Assembly (NCBI GenBank): GCA_002104905.1
Contig: MCFE01000330.1
Coordinates: 1-64,000 of the forward strand
DNA: 64,000 bases
From: Basidiobolus meristosporus CBS 931.73
Lineage: Eukaryota; Fungi; Basidiobolomycota
Direction of reading: 5' to 3'
The notes under the pieces are model-generated. The model was not told the origin of the DNA and did no database searches. It saw only the letters and a program-made list of their open reading frames with translations. Positions 25,817-37,029 of the stretch are shown in pieces; positions within the stretch are counted from its first letter, which is position 1; the number at the start of each line of letters is the position of its first letter. Position numbers and translations under genes: made by a program.

Positions 25817-27541
25817 ATGACGTTCGACCTTCAGGAGATCGTGAATATTATACGAAGCTCTCTATCAGCGGAGTTACAAGAAATGATCCTTTTCTATGTT
25901 GGCGATGTGATCCTTTATTTCGACTTCTTCGAAAAACCTGGACGTCACTTTGAGGCCTTGATAATTGACCAGGGTGGGCCGGGGTTTATTTTGGAGGAGT
26001 CTATCAGAGTGAGCCACAAGCCTCTCTTGCGGTGGCTTCTAAATGCCGTAAGCTACCCAATAGACTACCTACTCACGAGTGCAGTCTGTTACGGTGATCT
26101 ATGTATTCTATCCCACCTAGCTACTTTGATCGGGGAATCCTACAAGGAATACGACACACCAGCAAAGCTTTTTTGTGTCCTCAAAGGAAAGGTGCGATTG
26201 TTGGAGTACTTGTTTCACCGAAATCCATCTTTCCGAAGCGAGCGAAGTTGGGCTGAATGCATTCATAGCTGCTTACTCATTGGAATCACTGAATCAAGAG
26301 AGGTGTACTCCTGGTACCTAAGGAATCAAAACAGGTGCCCACGAGTAAGCAAAGAAGACCGCATCAAAGCATGTCTCCAGAATAACAACATTGATGGAGT
26401 TATGGAAAATGTAGACCAAAAAAGACTTGGCACATTAATAAGAGCCTTATCGAATATCCCCATAGCGTCAGAGAAAACATATCGAAAGTTGATGCGCATA
26501 TACGCTAGTGAAGCCGATATCTTGACATTCATTGCTAGAGCGTGTGCAAGGCTAGGATACGTTGACACTCTTGAGATTCTGTTCAACGAGCCATACAACG
26601 TCCATGTGGAGCACGATTTCTTTGCAAATATTCCTACTCTTGCAGTAGTGAAGGTTCTGCATAAGTATGCATCTCAACGCAATATTATCTCCTGCATGTT
26701 GGGCAATGGCCGTATCCGGAAAGTCAAGTCCCCTTTGGGCATCTATCAGACTCCCACAATCTATCGCAAGCTGCTAAGAACATTCACTGACTCAACCATA
26801 AGCGACATGGACACAATATCTGACCGAAAAGAGCATCAGTTAGACGATGTGTTGTTTTTTCTGGTGGATCTGGCTGAAGTGACCTCCAGTGCTGACCTGC
26901 TAAAGAAGTACACCCTATATGCCATTGAATTTGGTCACCTTAAGCTACTGCAGAGACTATTCCCATATTTGAAAGAAGGGCATTTGCAAAGTATCGCTCA
27001 AGAAATCGAAGCCGGGAATCCAGATGTATATGAAAGCAGACAGCCACAGGTGGTGGAGTTTCTCTTTGCAGCTGGAATTACTCAACAAACATCATTCTCT
27101 TTGTTAACGGATGGATTTGAGCTGGAATTTATCCAGAATCTCGTTGAGAAAGGATTGGTGAAGGATAATACCAGTGGAGCCGTGGTAGAATGGAGCATGG
27201 AGACCAGGAGGAGACTGGTACTGGAGACTCTGTTCGATATTAGCATGAAGCCCTACCAATTTTACCGGAGTGAAAAGGACTACCTGATGGATTTGATCCA
27301 CTCAACTGGGGACGTGGTTGATTATGGTTCGCACTACTGCACTTTTGAGAGAAACCATGCCCGACCGATTACCTTTTCCACTCGTGAAGACTTTTCTCGC
27401 TCCTTTAGAGCATCATGCCGTTCACATTGGGTCATGTACCCCAGCATGGTGATCTCAGATGTAGAATCAACAGTAAGAGTAACAAACATGTGGTTGCTAC
27501 TTCCCCGATATTGCAAAGATATTGAGCATATTCCATTGTGA
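25817..27541 (+). CDS. Intronless 574 aa protein with an F-box-like N-terminal motif and degenerate ankyrin-like repeats (copy 3)
   Basis: SLSAELQEMILFYVG resembles the F-box LPxELxxxIxxY motif. Repeated A-x-x-G-x-L-x-x-L units: LTSAVCYGDLCILSHL, ACARLGYVDTLEIL, YAIEFGHLKLLQRL. The ORF is certain; the domain labels are motif-level inference. Confidence 0.75.
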   Translation: MTFDLQEIVNIIRSSLSAELQEMILFYVGDVILYFDFFEKPGRHFEALIIDQGGPGFILEESIRVSHKPLLRWLLNAVSYPIDYLLTSAVCYGDLCILSHLATLIGESYKEYDTPAKLFCVLKGKVRLLEYLFHRNPSFRSERSWAECIHSCLLIGITESREVYSWYLRNQNRCPRVSKEDRIKACLQNNNIDGVMENVDQKRLGTLIRALSNIPIASEKTYRKLMRIYASEADILTFIARACARLGYVDTLEILFNEPYNVHVEHDFFANIPTLAVVKVLHKYASQRNIISCMLGNGRIRKVKSPLGIYQTPTIYRKLLRTFTDSTISDMDTISDRKEHQLDDVLFFLVDLAEVTSSADLLKKYTLYAIEFGHLKLLQRLFPYLKEGHLQSIAQEIEAGNPDVYESRQPQVVEFLFAAGITQQTSFSLLTDGFELEFIQNLVEKGLVKDNTSGAVVEWSMETRRRLVLETLFDISMKPYQFYRSEKDYLMDLIHSTGDVVDYGSHYCTFERNHARPITFSTREDFSRSFRASCRSHWVMYPSMVISDVESTVRVTNMWLLLPRYCKDIEHIPL

Positions 27542-28684
27542 TGTATTTTACAGCAAACTCCTCAATAAAACATATTTAGCATTTAATGGGGACTGTGGTG
27601 TCTTCGCTATTAATGGAACACTGAGAGCTCAATCTATATACTTGCGAGTTCTTACTTCTCACCACTGTCTGCAATTATTCTAAGTTGGCTGGTGGTAAAT
27701 AAGTATTCGTGAGGTTAAGGTAGGAATTGACGTAGTAGTGAAAACGTAGACGCAGCATTGGATGGAAAAGGCAACTTGATCAATCCTTTATCCCGGGAAG
27801 TTTTCGGAAAGTGTTCCTTCGCTTGATTTCGAGACCGCTTCTACAACAGAATGTTCTGCAAGTGAACATCACCAGGTTGCGGTAACATGGAAGCAATAAC
27901 CTCTGAACGTGCGTACTTCGTTTCATTTCTTGGCTGAAACTGTAATGACTAGGCACTCAATGTAAGTTCCAACTGCAAAACTCACCGCCCCGAGTATCGC
28001 TGTGCAGGAAACGTTGATAGTCAACGTCTTGCTCTTGCTAGCCCCTTTGTCTTGCCAATAACTTTTGCGCAATGCCAGTTGTGAATAGGAAAACAGTGGA
28101 CTTTGAAGTGGAGAACTCCAGGTAAACGACAGTTGTCTAACAAAGTTTCCAGGGCTTCCCACCTCCACTAAAAACCTAATCAGCTGTGCGCATTCCTCCA
28201 CCCATTTTAGAATAGCGCATTCTGCGGGCCCTGTTGCTAACGAAAAGGGCACCTACACGGCAAAACAAGCCACTATCCCTATACTCTACTACTTTCTATT
28301 GGAAGCTAATAAGAATAAAGACGAATTCGCACTCAGCTATTGAAAACGTGTAACCGATTTTAAGGCTACGTAAGGGTGTTGACGGCTGGTTGTGTTGAGT
28401 CCTACTAGCGCTTTTATCCCTCAATATCTGAGTAATCAAGAGACTCTGGCACTGATTAGGTGAAGAGTAAAAATTTAAACAACAGATTCCATGGTATGCC
28501 TATTTAATCAAGACATAGCCTCGTTTTGATTATACTCAACATGAAAGAATCAGATGGCCAGTTGGCAATTAAAGCCGCGTGACATATCATCAGAACACAA
28601 AGAGGAATTTTTAAACTCAGCTTAACCCGCTCTTGTATTTCAACTTTAATAATACCTCACTTTATCGAATAACTAGGACCCGTA

Positions 28685-30355
28685 ATGACGTTTGACCTTC
28701 AGGCAATAGTGAGTGCATTGAAAAGCTCACTATCTACGGAGATACAGGAAATCATCCTTTTTTATGTTGGTGATGCGGTTCTATATTTCAACTACTTCCA
28801 AAGGCCAGGCCGTCTTTTCGAAACCCTGGTGATTGCACGGGGTGGACCAGGGGTTGTTTTGGAGGAAGCCATTAGAAGGGGCAACAAGCCACTTCTTCGG
28901 TGGCTTCTAACTGCCGTAAACTTTCCAATGGATTACTTGCTCACCAGTGCCTCCTATTATGGAGACCTAGGCGTACTATCCTACTTTATTAGCTTGATGG
29001 GAGATGACTACCAGATTTACGACACACCAGCCAAGCTCGTTTGTATATCACAAGGGAAGCTACACTTGCTGGAATACTTGATCGAAAAAAACCCGACTTT
29101 TAAACAAGGACCAGGTTGGGCCAGGTGTATTCACCAATGTATAATATATGGAATATCGAAATCTAGCAAAATTTACTCTTGGTACTTGAGAAAGCAAAGG
29201 ATTTGTCCCCGAGTAAGCAAAGAGGATCTCATCAAAGCATGTCTTCAGCATGACAATCTTCTTGGGGCTATAGAACTTGTTGGGAAACGAAGACCTACAG
29301 CATTAATGAAAGCTTTGAGAATGATCCCTTCAACATCGGAAGAAACATACCGAAGACTGGTTCTCAAATATGCCGGCGAAGAAAATATATTGACATCTAT
29401 TGCCAGAGCATGTGCAAGGCTGGGGTACATCGAAACCCTTGAGTCCCTGTTTAACGAGCCATACAACGTACATGTGGAGTCCGATTTCTTTTATGGCAAT
29501 CCCAATCTTGCTGTAGTGGAGGTCCTCCACAAGTATGCATCTCAACGGGATAGTATTTCTTGGCTGTGGTACAATGGCCACATCCGCAAAATCAAGTCTC
29601 GTTTCACAACCTACCAGACTCCCAAATGCTATCTAAAGCTCTTGAGAACATACACTGAATTCGATGTATGCTGTAACCGAAGTAATTGTTCACATAGCAC
29701 TGAACAGCAACGGGAGAATGTATTGATGTTTCTGGTTGATTTAGCTAAAATAACCTCGAAAACTCAGCTGCTCATCAAATATATCAAGTATGGGATCGCA
29801 TATGGAAGCTTACAACTGCTAAAAAAGATGGTCCCGTTATTGGGGGAAAGAGATTTGCAGAGTCTCCGACTCGAAATTACAGAAGGTCGGCTAAATATCT
29901 ATCGAAGTGCAAGGCCGCAGATTGTGGAGTATTTGTCGGATTTAGGAATAACTCAAGACACGAGGCTTGCTTCTCTGTGCGGTTGTTTTGACTTGGTATT
30001 TATCAAGAGCATTGCGGAAAAGGACCTGGTAACAGAGCTCAAAAACAATCGCTTGCTAGCCCCAAACTACCTGCAGCATTCTATTGTACGGGATGTTTGC
30101 TACGGAAATGGCCAATATTGGAAAGAAAGTGACTACTTGATGGGTTTTTTGCGCTTGACCCGCAATTTTGTTCCCAATCACAAATACTATTGGACAATTG
30201 GAAGCAATTGCGACAACTCTATTACTTTTTTGCCTGATCTTTGTTTTACTCTTTCATTTGTACAGCAAGTTTATTCATACCAGTTGGACTTGAGCCTTCA
30301 GATAGAGTCAGTTTTGTGGAAAAAAGCAATGTCATTTCTATTTCTTCATTATTAG
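28685..30355 (+). CDS. Intronless 556 aa paralog of 25817-27541 (copy 4)
   Basis: Colinear with copy 3 (MTFDLQ, LFYVGD, GGPG, KPLLRWLL, CPRVSKED, ARACARLGY, FNEPYNVHVE, VLHKYASQR). Its stop may lie slightly early relative to copy 3. Confidence 0.78.
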   Translation: MTFDLQAIVSALKSSLSTEIQEIILFYVGDAVLYFNYFQRPGRLFETLVIARGGPGVVLEEAIRRGNKPLLRWLLTAVNFPMDYLLTSASYYGDLGVLSYFISLMGDDYQIYDTPAKLVCISQGKLHLLEYLIEKNPTFKQGPGWARCIHQCIIYGISKSSKIYSWYLRKQRICPRVSKEDLIKACLQHDNLLGAIELVGKRRPTALMKALRMIPSTSEETYRRLVLKYAGEENILTSIARACARLGYIETLESLFNEPYNVHVESDFFYGNPNLAVVEVLHKYASQRDSISWLWYNGHIRKIKSRFTTYQTPKCYLKLLRTYTEFDVCCNRSNCSHSTEQQRENVLMFLVDLAKITSKTQLLIKYIKYGIAYGSLQLLKKMVPLLGERDLQSLRLEITEGRLNIYRSARPQIVEYLSDLGITQDTRLASLCGCFDLVFIKSIAEKDLVTELKNNRLLAPNYLQHSIVRDVCYGNGQYWKESDYLMGFLRLTRNFVPNHKYYWTIGSNCDNSITFLPDLCFTLSFVQQVYSYQLDLSLQIESVLWKKAMSFLFLHY

Positions 30356-30390
30356 GCAAAGCTTGTATACCTTCAACAATGGTGCATGTG

Positions 30391-31150
30391 CCCTATGAGA
30401 AATCTCTACTTAGGGCTCATCTGATAATCTGCTGGTATTATGCTGGTGTTTTTCCTACACATCTTTGATTTTGATTTGTGGCAGAAGCTGTGAGTAGCTT
30501 ATGACCAAATTTGGGTATGAATGCCAGTGGGCCTAGTCTCCTCCAGGAAGATATGTCTGCTTGTCTGCCTAATAGCTACATCCTGAGATAATCAGAGTAG
30601 TAAGTTTTGAATACTTGGAATTCAGCTGATTTTACTTTAGTATTCTGCAGGCCATTTCCTATTATTATCTTAGTGGCAAAATGCAATAGGATTAGATGGA
30701 TACCCTATAGGTGCCTCAGTCTTAATTTCCTTCATTCATTTCTGCTGTAGGAGCCCTTGATTGTATTGACCTATACAAGTCCCCATGACCAATGAAAAAT
30801 AATTTGGCCCTGCAAGTGGATTCAGTATGCATCAACCATCAGGATTATGCAATGAGGCTGTCATGAGACCAGCAGCTGGAACTATTGACCCTCTACACAA
30901 TCTTATGGTGGAATTGTGATGGCATTTTGCTGTTTTTACAGCTGAACAAAGTAAAAAACCTGACAGTGTTTGAATAGTCTTTTAACAAGACTTGCATGGC
31001 ATTTTGATGGTCTTTAAGCAGTCTACATTTTTTAGAGTAGACCTAACCAGCCAATACATGCAAATGCCTTATGTCACAGAAAACTTGATGGCATTTTTAA
31101 TGCCTTGTTGCAGACCACTGTTGGCATGATTACAGCAGTACAATGACATA
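30391..31150. mobile_element. Degenerate CMC-EnSpm/CACTA-like terminal relic marking the start of the repeat block
   Basis: Begins CCCTATGAGAAATC and is homologous to 22511-22800. GGCATTTTGATGG motifs near 30920-31100. CpG nearly absent from here onward. Confidence 0.5.
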
Positions 31151-31294
31151 CAACAAGTCCTGTATAGTGCAACCATACCATTTACCAAATGGTATTTCCC
31201 TTTTCTACCTCCCCTTGTGCCACTTGTATATTCCACAATACAATCACCTTACTTTATTAGCTTACCCATTACCTCCATGAGTATACTGCATAAA

Positions 31295-32026
31295 TGACTT
31301 GTTCTGTTGGATAGAGCCAGATTGAGCCATAAGTGCCAAACAGTGCCATAGTGTTCCAGAGTGGCAGAGCAGATCTAAACTTAGCCATACAATGTGATGT
31401 ATAATTCTACAACTTCACACAAAATAGCCACTGTGTTTCACCTCTTGTGCTGGAGAAATTCCATTTTTTGATCTTTTTTGGAGATCAATTTTGTGCATGG
31501 TGTGCAAGAGAACAGAAGGACTAAAGCATGCACTTGGTACTTAACACCCATGGCAGTCTGAAACCAGCTCCAGAGGTCTGTAACTTGTCACAAAAATGCA
31601 TGGCACTATCTTGGTCTGCTGATACTTTCAGGCATTATATCTAAATATTGGCCCTAGAGTAAAACATATACAAAGCACTTAAAGTGCCAGATAGTACCAG
31701 TAAACCAAGATAGTGCCATGCATTTATGCCAAGCGCTAAAGACCTATGAAGCTGGACTCTGAATGCAATGGGTGCAGAGTACTAGGTGCATGTCTTCAGT
31801 CCTTCTGTGCATCTATATATCAGGCACAAATTTGATCCCAAAAAAAAGGTCAATAAATGGATTCTCTCCAGCACAGTAGGTGAAACATAGGGGCTGCTTT
31901 GCATGAAGACAAATAATTATGTTTTACACTCTGTGACCAGGTGTAGGTCCACTTGGCCTCTATGGTACACCATGGCACTATTTGACACTCACAGCTCCAT
32001 ATGGCACTATCAAACTGAACAAGCCC
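31295..32026. mobile_element. Fold-back MITE of the PHIS (Pangu-like) family, degenerate copy
   Basis: 732 bp. Termini (T)GACTTGTTCTGTTGGATAG...CAAACTGAACAAGCCC. Long internal inverted arms homologous to 33152-33885. TSD eroded. Confidence 0.8.
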
Positions 32027-32234
32027 AAATTTGAACCAAAAATCTATGGCCTCCTGCTTACCAACCTCTATACATATGAACACCCACTAGAATTGACATA
32101 CTATTATCACCTCTACTTTATAGCCTTTGACTCCCAACACTTCCAATGTACACTTAGTGGAAATGGCTTCAGAAGCCTATTTGAATCAATACATATTCAG
32201 TTTGTCCAGTCCTTGCATTTATATTGGTGCAAAT

Positions 32235-34020
32235 AGATTTGTTCCATTGTACTGTGCCAGGGTATGCAGCACAATCTGTGGTCTTGAAGAGCAATCAGGT
32301 GCAATGCTATAGCTACCAATAGGCATGATAGCACTTAGCCAGTTTCAAACTATGTGGGACAATCTTGCGTACTATGGCACAAACTGTCAAAATGAATGCT
32401 TTGCATCAACATTCAAAACTTAGCCAATTTTACTTGCTTAAAAAATAGTGTACCCTAACAGATTTTCTCTAACCAAAACATAACTAATCCCAGTTATGGT
32501 TTACTTTATCACTTCTCAGAATCTATTCTGGCTGTCACACCTGATCAATTTTTATGTGACCTTTATGTTATCAACTTATCTGCAAAGCCTTCACAGGTGA
32601 TAAATCATCTGAGATCTCTCCAACCACTAAGCAATTGCCAAGACATCAGCTAATTAATGATGTAATTCTCATGCATCTTATGCACCTATCAACACCCAAA
32701 CTGTGCTCAATTAATGCAGTCTCTTGGTGCTGACTAGTTTAACTTGATCAGAAAAGTATCCATAGAGTTTACTGAACCTTTTGGTTCAGTGTGTCTCTCA
32801 ACAAAATTAAGATTGTGTCTCAACAAAATTGAGAATTCCACAATTCCAATCTAGTTTTTACACAAGACTAGCATATCTAGCACTTCCAAGAACACCAAGC
32901 CTAACCTTCATAGTAAGTTAACTCTGTAGCCTTTATAGCCAAATCCAGCTATTTACTAGACCAATATTAGACCAAAATATTCTCTGCTACTACTTCAGCC
33001 ACTCTCTGACAATCCTAAGATTCTGCACTTCATTGTCCCTTAGGTGCATTTAAACCATTCAAGAGTTTTGTTACACTTTTCTCCTGGATACAACAATGAG
33101 GTTGGCAGAGATGATTGCACCAACTTGCAATGTTTGCATCACATGCACAATAGACTTGTTCCGTTGGATAGTGCCACATTGAGCCATGAGTGCCAAATGA
33201 TGCCATAGTGTGCCAGGGAGGCTAAGTGAGCCTATACTTGGCCACAGAGTGTGAAACATGTATCTGCATCTTCATGCAAAGCAGCCCCTGTGTTTCACCT
33301 GTGATGCAGGAGAAAATCCATTTTTTGACGTTTTTTTGTGGATCAATGTTATGCAGGATGTGTAAGAGCATAGAAGAACTGAAGACATGCATCAGGTACC
33401 CAATACCCATGGCACTCTGAATCTAGCTCCTGTGGCTTGTAACAAGTCACAACAATGCATGGCACTATCTTGGTCCACTGGTACTATCTGGCACTATATT
33501 TAATTATTAGCCCTAAAGTAAGATCTATACAAAGCACTTATAGTGCCAGATAGTACCAGTGGACTAAGATAGTGCCATGCATTGTTGTGACTTGTTACAA
33601 GCCACAGGAGCTAGATTCAGAGTGCCATGGGTATTGAGTACCAAATGCATATTTTCAATCCTTTTGTGCTCTTACATATCCTGCACAACATTGACCTAAA
33701 AAAAAAGGTCAAAAAATGGATTTTCTCCAACACAATGGGTGAAACACAGGGGCTGCTTTGCATGAAGATGCAGATCTATGTTTCATACACTGTGGCCAAG
33801 TATAGGCTCACTTAGCCTCCCTGGCACACTATGGCATCATTTGGCACTCATGGCTCAATGTGGCACTATCCAACGGAACAAGTCTAATCATATATCACTA
33901 TTATCATAGGTAAGATCTGGTACTCAGATATGTTTCTTCAACGTAAATGAAAATAAGTTCATATCACATTATAAACTACATTGATACTTGCCATTTTGGT
34001 TATCACCACCCCAATTCAGC
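32235..34020. mobile_element. Relic right end of a PHIS (Pangu-like) element (copy C), interrupted by a ~700 bp insert and a MITE
   Basis: Starts aat|AGATTTGTTCCATTGTACTGTGCC. Sequence at 32235-32390, 33095-33151 and 33889-34020 aligns with 58952-59290. Confidence 0.75.
33152..33885. mobile_element. Fold-back MITE (734 bp), TSD AAT
   Basis: aat|AGACTTGTTCCGTTGGATAGTGCC...GGCACTATCCAACGGAACAAGTCT|aat. Arms of 347 bp (33152-33498, 33539-33885) with a 40 bp spacer. Removing it restores the sequence seen at ~59155-59190. Confidence 0.95.
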
Positions 34021-34024
34021 TGTA

Positions 34025-34690
34025 CACTATGAAAAATAACTGTAATGATCCATCAAAAGGCGGTCACAAAATAAAAGTCTGGTTACTGAGAGGTATTGAT
34101 TCCATCAGGACACTGTGCAAAGACTGTTGAAAAATAACTGCACCCCAGATTTCACAAAAACCTTGTCAGTGTTTTTCACCACAACAATATATAAGTGGCT
34201 TTTGATTGGTTCTCTGACAATTCTCTCACTTTCTGATCATGAACACTCAATCACCTCCTATGTTTGGGCTCATTGATTGACTATTGCCTCTGTTTCACAC
34301 TCCTTACTTTTTGACTTAACCAATTCTCCTACTTTTCATGCATACAAGTTGATTAATACCCTATGAAAAATTATTGTGATGATCCCATCAAAAGGCCGTC
34401 ACAAAATCTAAGTCCTGTAACTAAGAGGAATTGGTCCCATCAGGACATCATGCAAAGACCGTCAAAATAATTGCACCCCAGATTTCACAAAAACTTAGTG
34501 AAAATGATTCTTCACATCACTACAACAGTAGCTTTTGATTGGTTTGCTGCCGGTTTTCTCACTCTCTGATTCTGGTCACTCTATCACCTCCTACATTTGT
34601 GTGCATTGATTGAATATTGCCTCTTTTCACACTCCTTACTTCCTGACTCAAGCATTTCTGTTACTTTTCATATTTACAAATTGATTTATT
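34025..34690. repeat. Tandem duplication (~335 bp unit) of a CACTA/CCCTA terminal sequence
   Basis: Unit 1 starts CACTATGAAAAATAAC (34025) and unit 2 starts CCCTATGAAAAATTAT (34359). Both continue CCATCAAAAGGC..TCACAAAAT..GCACCCCAGATTTCACAAAAAC. An inverted homolog lies at ~48850-49230. Confidence 0.8.
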
Positions 34691-36161
34691 TCTGTTGAAA
34701 CTTCAGTTGTACCTCAATTGCCAATTGTTTTGACCTATACAAGTCCCAATACCCAATACTAACATTAAGCCTATCCCCATATCCAACAAGTAACTCCATT
34801 AAAATACGCCACTCAATAAGTATTTCTGCTGTAACATTCTATTTCCATGACTTTGATAGGAACCCTACAGCTTTATGCCACTGTTCATTCACTGATTCCC
34901 ATATGTCCAGGTCTTCAGCCAGCACTACAAGGTCTAGCACCTCATCTGCAAGTCTTTGCAATAAATCCTTGCAATATTCAAGTGCATTTTCTTGAGCACT
35001 GTGCTTGGAGAAGTGCTGCAACCTCTTGGTGTGCCTAGTAATGCTCTAAAATTCCACTGAATGCATTGTGATAGCCATTTGAGTTCTTGACATTGCTACT
35101 TTGTCTGCCAGTGGTATCTTCCCTCCATCTACAATTGACAATGTGGAGGCTGTGATAGACAAATTGCCTTTCTCTGCAAACTCATGAACCTCACTGGAGT
35201 GTAGCTCAACTGGCTGTGCTTCCAACCCTTGTGAAAGCAGCTGTTTTCTTGTTGTTAATTCTTCTTGGCTAGGATGGGATTTAGTCTGTCCCAGGCCTAC
35301 TGCATTAATTGGCAAGAACTGCAGTTTTTTTCTCATGCTTCCCTGTCTCTGTCTTAGGTAGACTTTTTCCCTTTACCTTTTCCTCAATCATTGCCAAGTC
35401 TCTCACTGCTACTTTGTCTGAGTGCTTCTTGTATTGAAAACATTTTCTCCTTGATAAATGCAGCTCTGATCTATCAGTTTTGGCCTGATTGTCCCTTGCG
35501 GCATGCTGCAGTCAACCTGATGCTTGCCAGCCTTTAGGTGCTGGCATACTAGACCTCTAACAGCCTCTTGAATATTAGCCAACTCTTCATCATTGCACTC
35601 AGTAATGCCACAGAACTTCAATGTTTTCTGATTTTTTGCATTGGTACAAACACTACATTTCCTCCCTCCCAGGCTGTGATAGGTTTTTCTGTGGGCAAAA
35701 ACTTTGGGCACTGTTGTTGTGCTTCAAAGACTGTACAGTGTTCCTCTGCTGTTAAATTAGGGAAAAGCTCAATTCTTGGCTGTGATACTGAGCTACTTGA
35801 GTTGCTTTCTTGCAGCAAAGACACTGCTTTTCCTACCTGCAATATTGCCTGCTCTACACCTTTTATCCGCTTATCCTGTTTTGGACTATTTCCAATTTCT
35901 TTGGGCCATTGCATCTATCCAATCAGCCATTGCACCTAATTGCCTAATTTCTGCTTTGGTATGAGCTGTCAACAAACTTGACAATATGGGTGGTAGTGAT
36001 TCTATGATGGGCACTTGATGGTACTCAACTGAAGGTACTGCTTTTGCTATGCTCTCATCTGCCTCAGCAATATGGTCAACTTGTGGCTCTGCATAGATTC
36101 CCAATTGCCTACTTGACTAAGAACCTGAGGAATCTGCATTGTTACCTTCAGTGGGCATACT

Positions 36162-36889
36162 AAACCTGTATTGTAAGATAGTCCCACACTGAGCTATGAG
36201 TGCCAAATGATACCCTAGTGTACCAACAAGGCCAAGTGGACCTATACTTGGCCACAGAGTGTGGAATATAGTTCTTCATCTTCATACCAAGCAGCCCCTG
36301 TGTTTCACCCATTGTGCTGGAGAGAATCCACTTTTTGACCATTTTTTTGGGATTAATGTTATGCAGGATGTGTAAGAGCTCCAAGAAACTGAAGGCATGC
36401 ATCTGGCACTCAATACCCATGGCACTCTGAATATAGCTCCTGCAGCTTGTAACATGTCACAAAATACATGGCCCTATCTTGGTCCACTGGCACTATATGT
36501 CACTATAAGTGCTTTGTATAAGCTTTTGTTTAAGACTAATATTTAAGTATAGTACCTGAAAGTGCCAGTGGACCCAGATAGTGCTATGTATTTTGTGACA
36601 TGTTACAAGCTGCACAAGCTAGATTCAGAGTGCCATGGGTATTGGGTACCAGATACATATCTTCAGTCACTCTGCGCTCTTACACATCATGCATAGAATT
36701 GTTCCCAAAAAAAAAGGTCAAATAATGGTGTTTCCACAATGGGCAATACACAGGGGCTGCTTTGTATGAAGATGAAGAACTATATTTTGCACTCTGTGGT
36801 CAAGTTTAGGTCTGCTATGTTTCCCTGGCACACAATGGTACTATTTGGCTCTCATGGCTCAATATGGCACTATCCAACAGAATAGGTCT
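36162..36889. mobile_element. Fold-back MITE (728 bp), TSD ACT, degenerate
   Basis: act|AAACCTGTATTGTAAGATAG...CCAACAGAATAGGTCT|act. Internal inverted arms homologous to the other MITEs. Confidence 0.85.
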
Positions 36890-37029
36890 ACTGTTCACAG
36901 GGCCTTTTTTGATTGTAGCCCTGCTTGTTGCACTGAAATTCAATGCAGGCTGTAGTCTAAATGTTCATCTGCTGCTGTCAGTAGTGGGGTTTGGTTTGGA
37001 ACCAGACAACTTTTTGTTGTTTTTTGGCA

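Noticed and set aside
27923-28252. 109 aa minus-strand ORF between family copies 3 and 4, with slight resemblance to sequence near 17930
   Set aside because: The similarity is limited to about 20 nt and no domain is evident.
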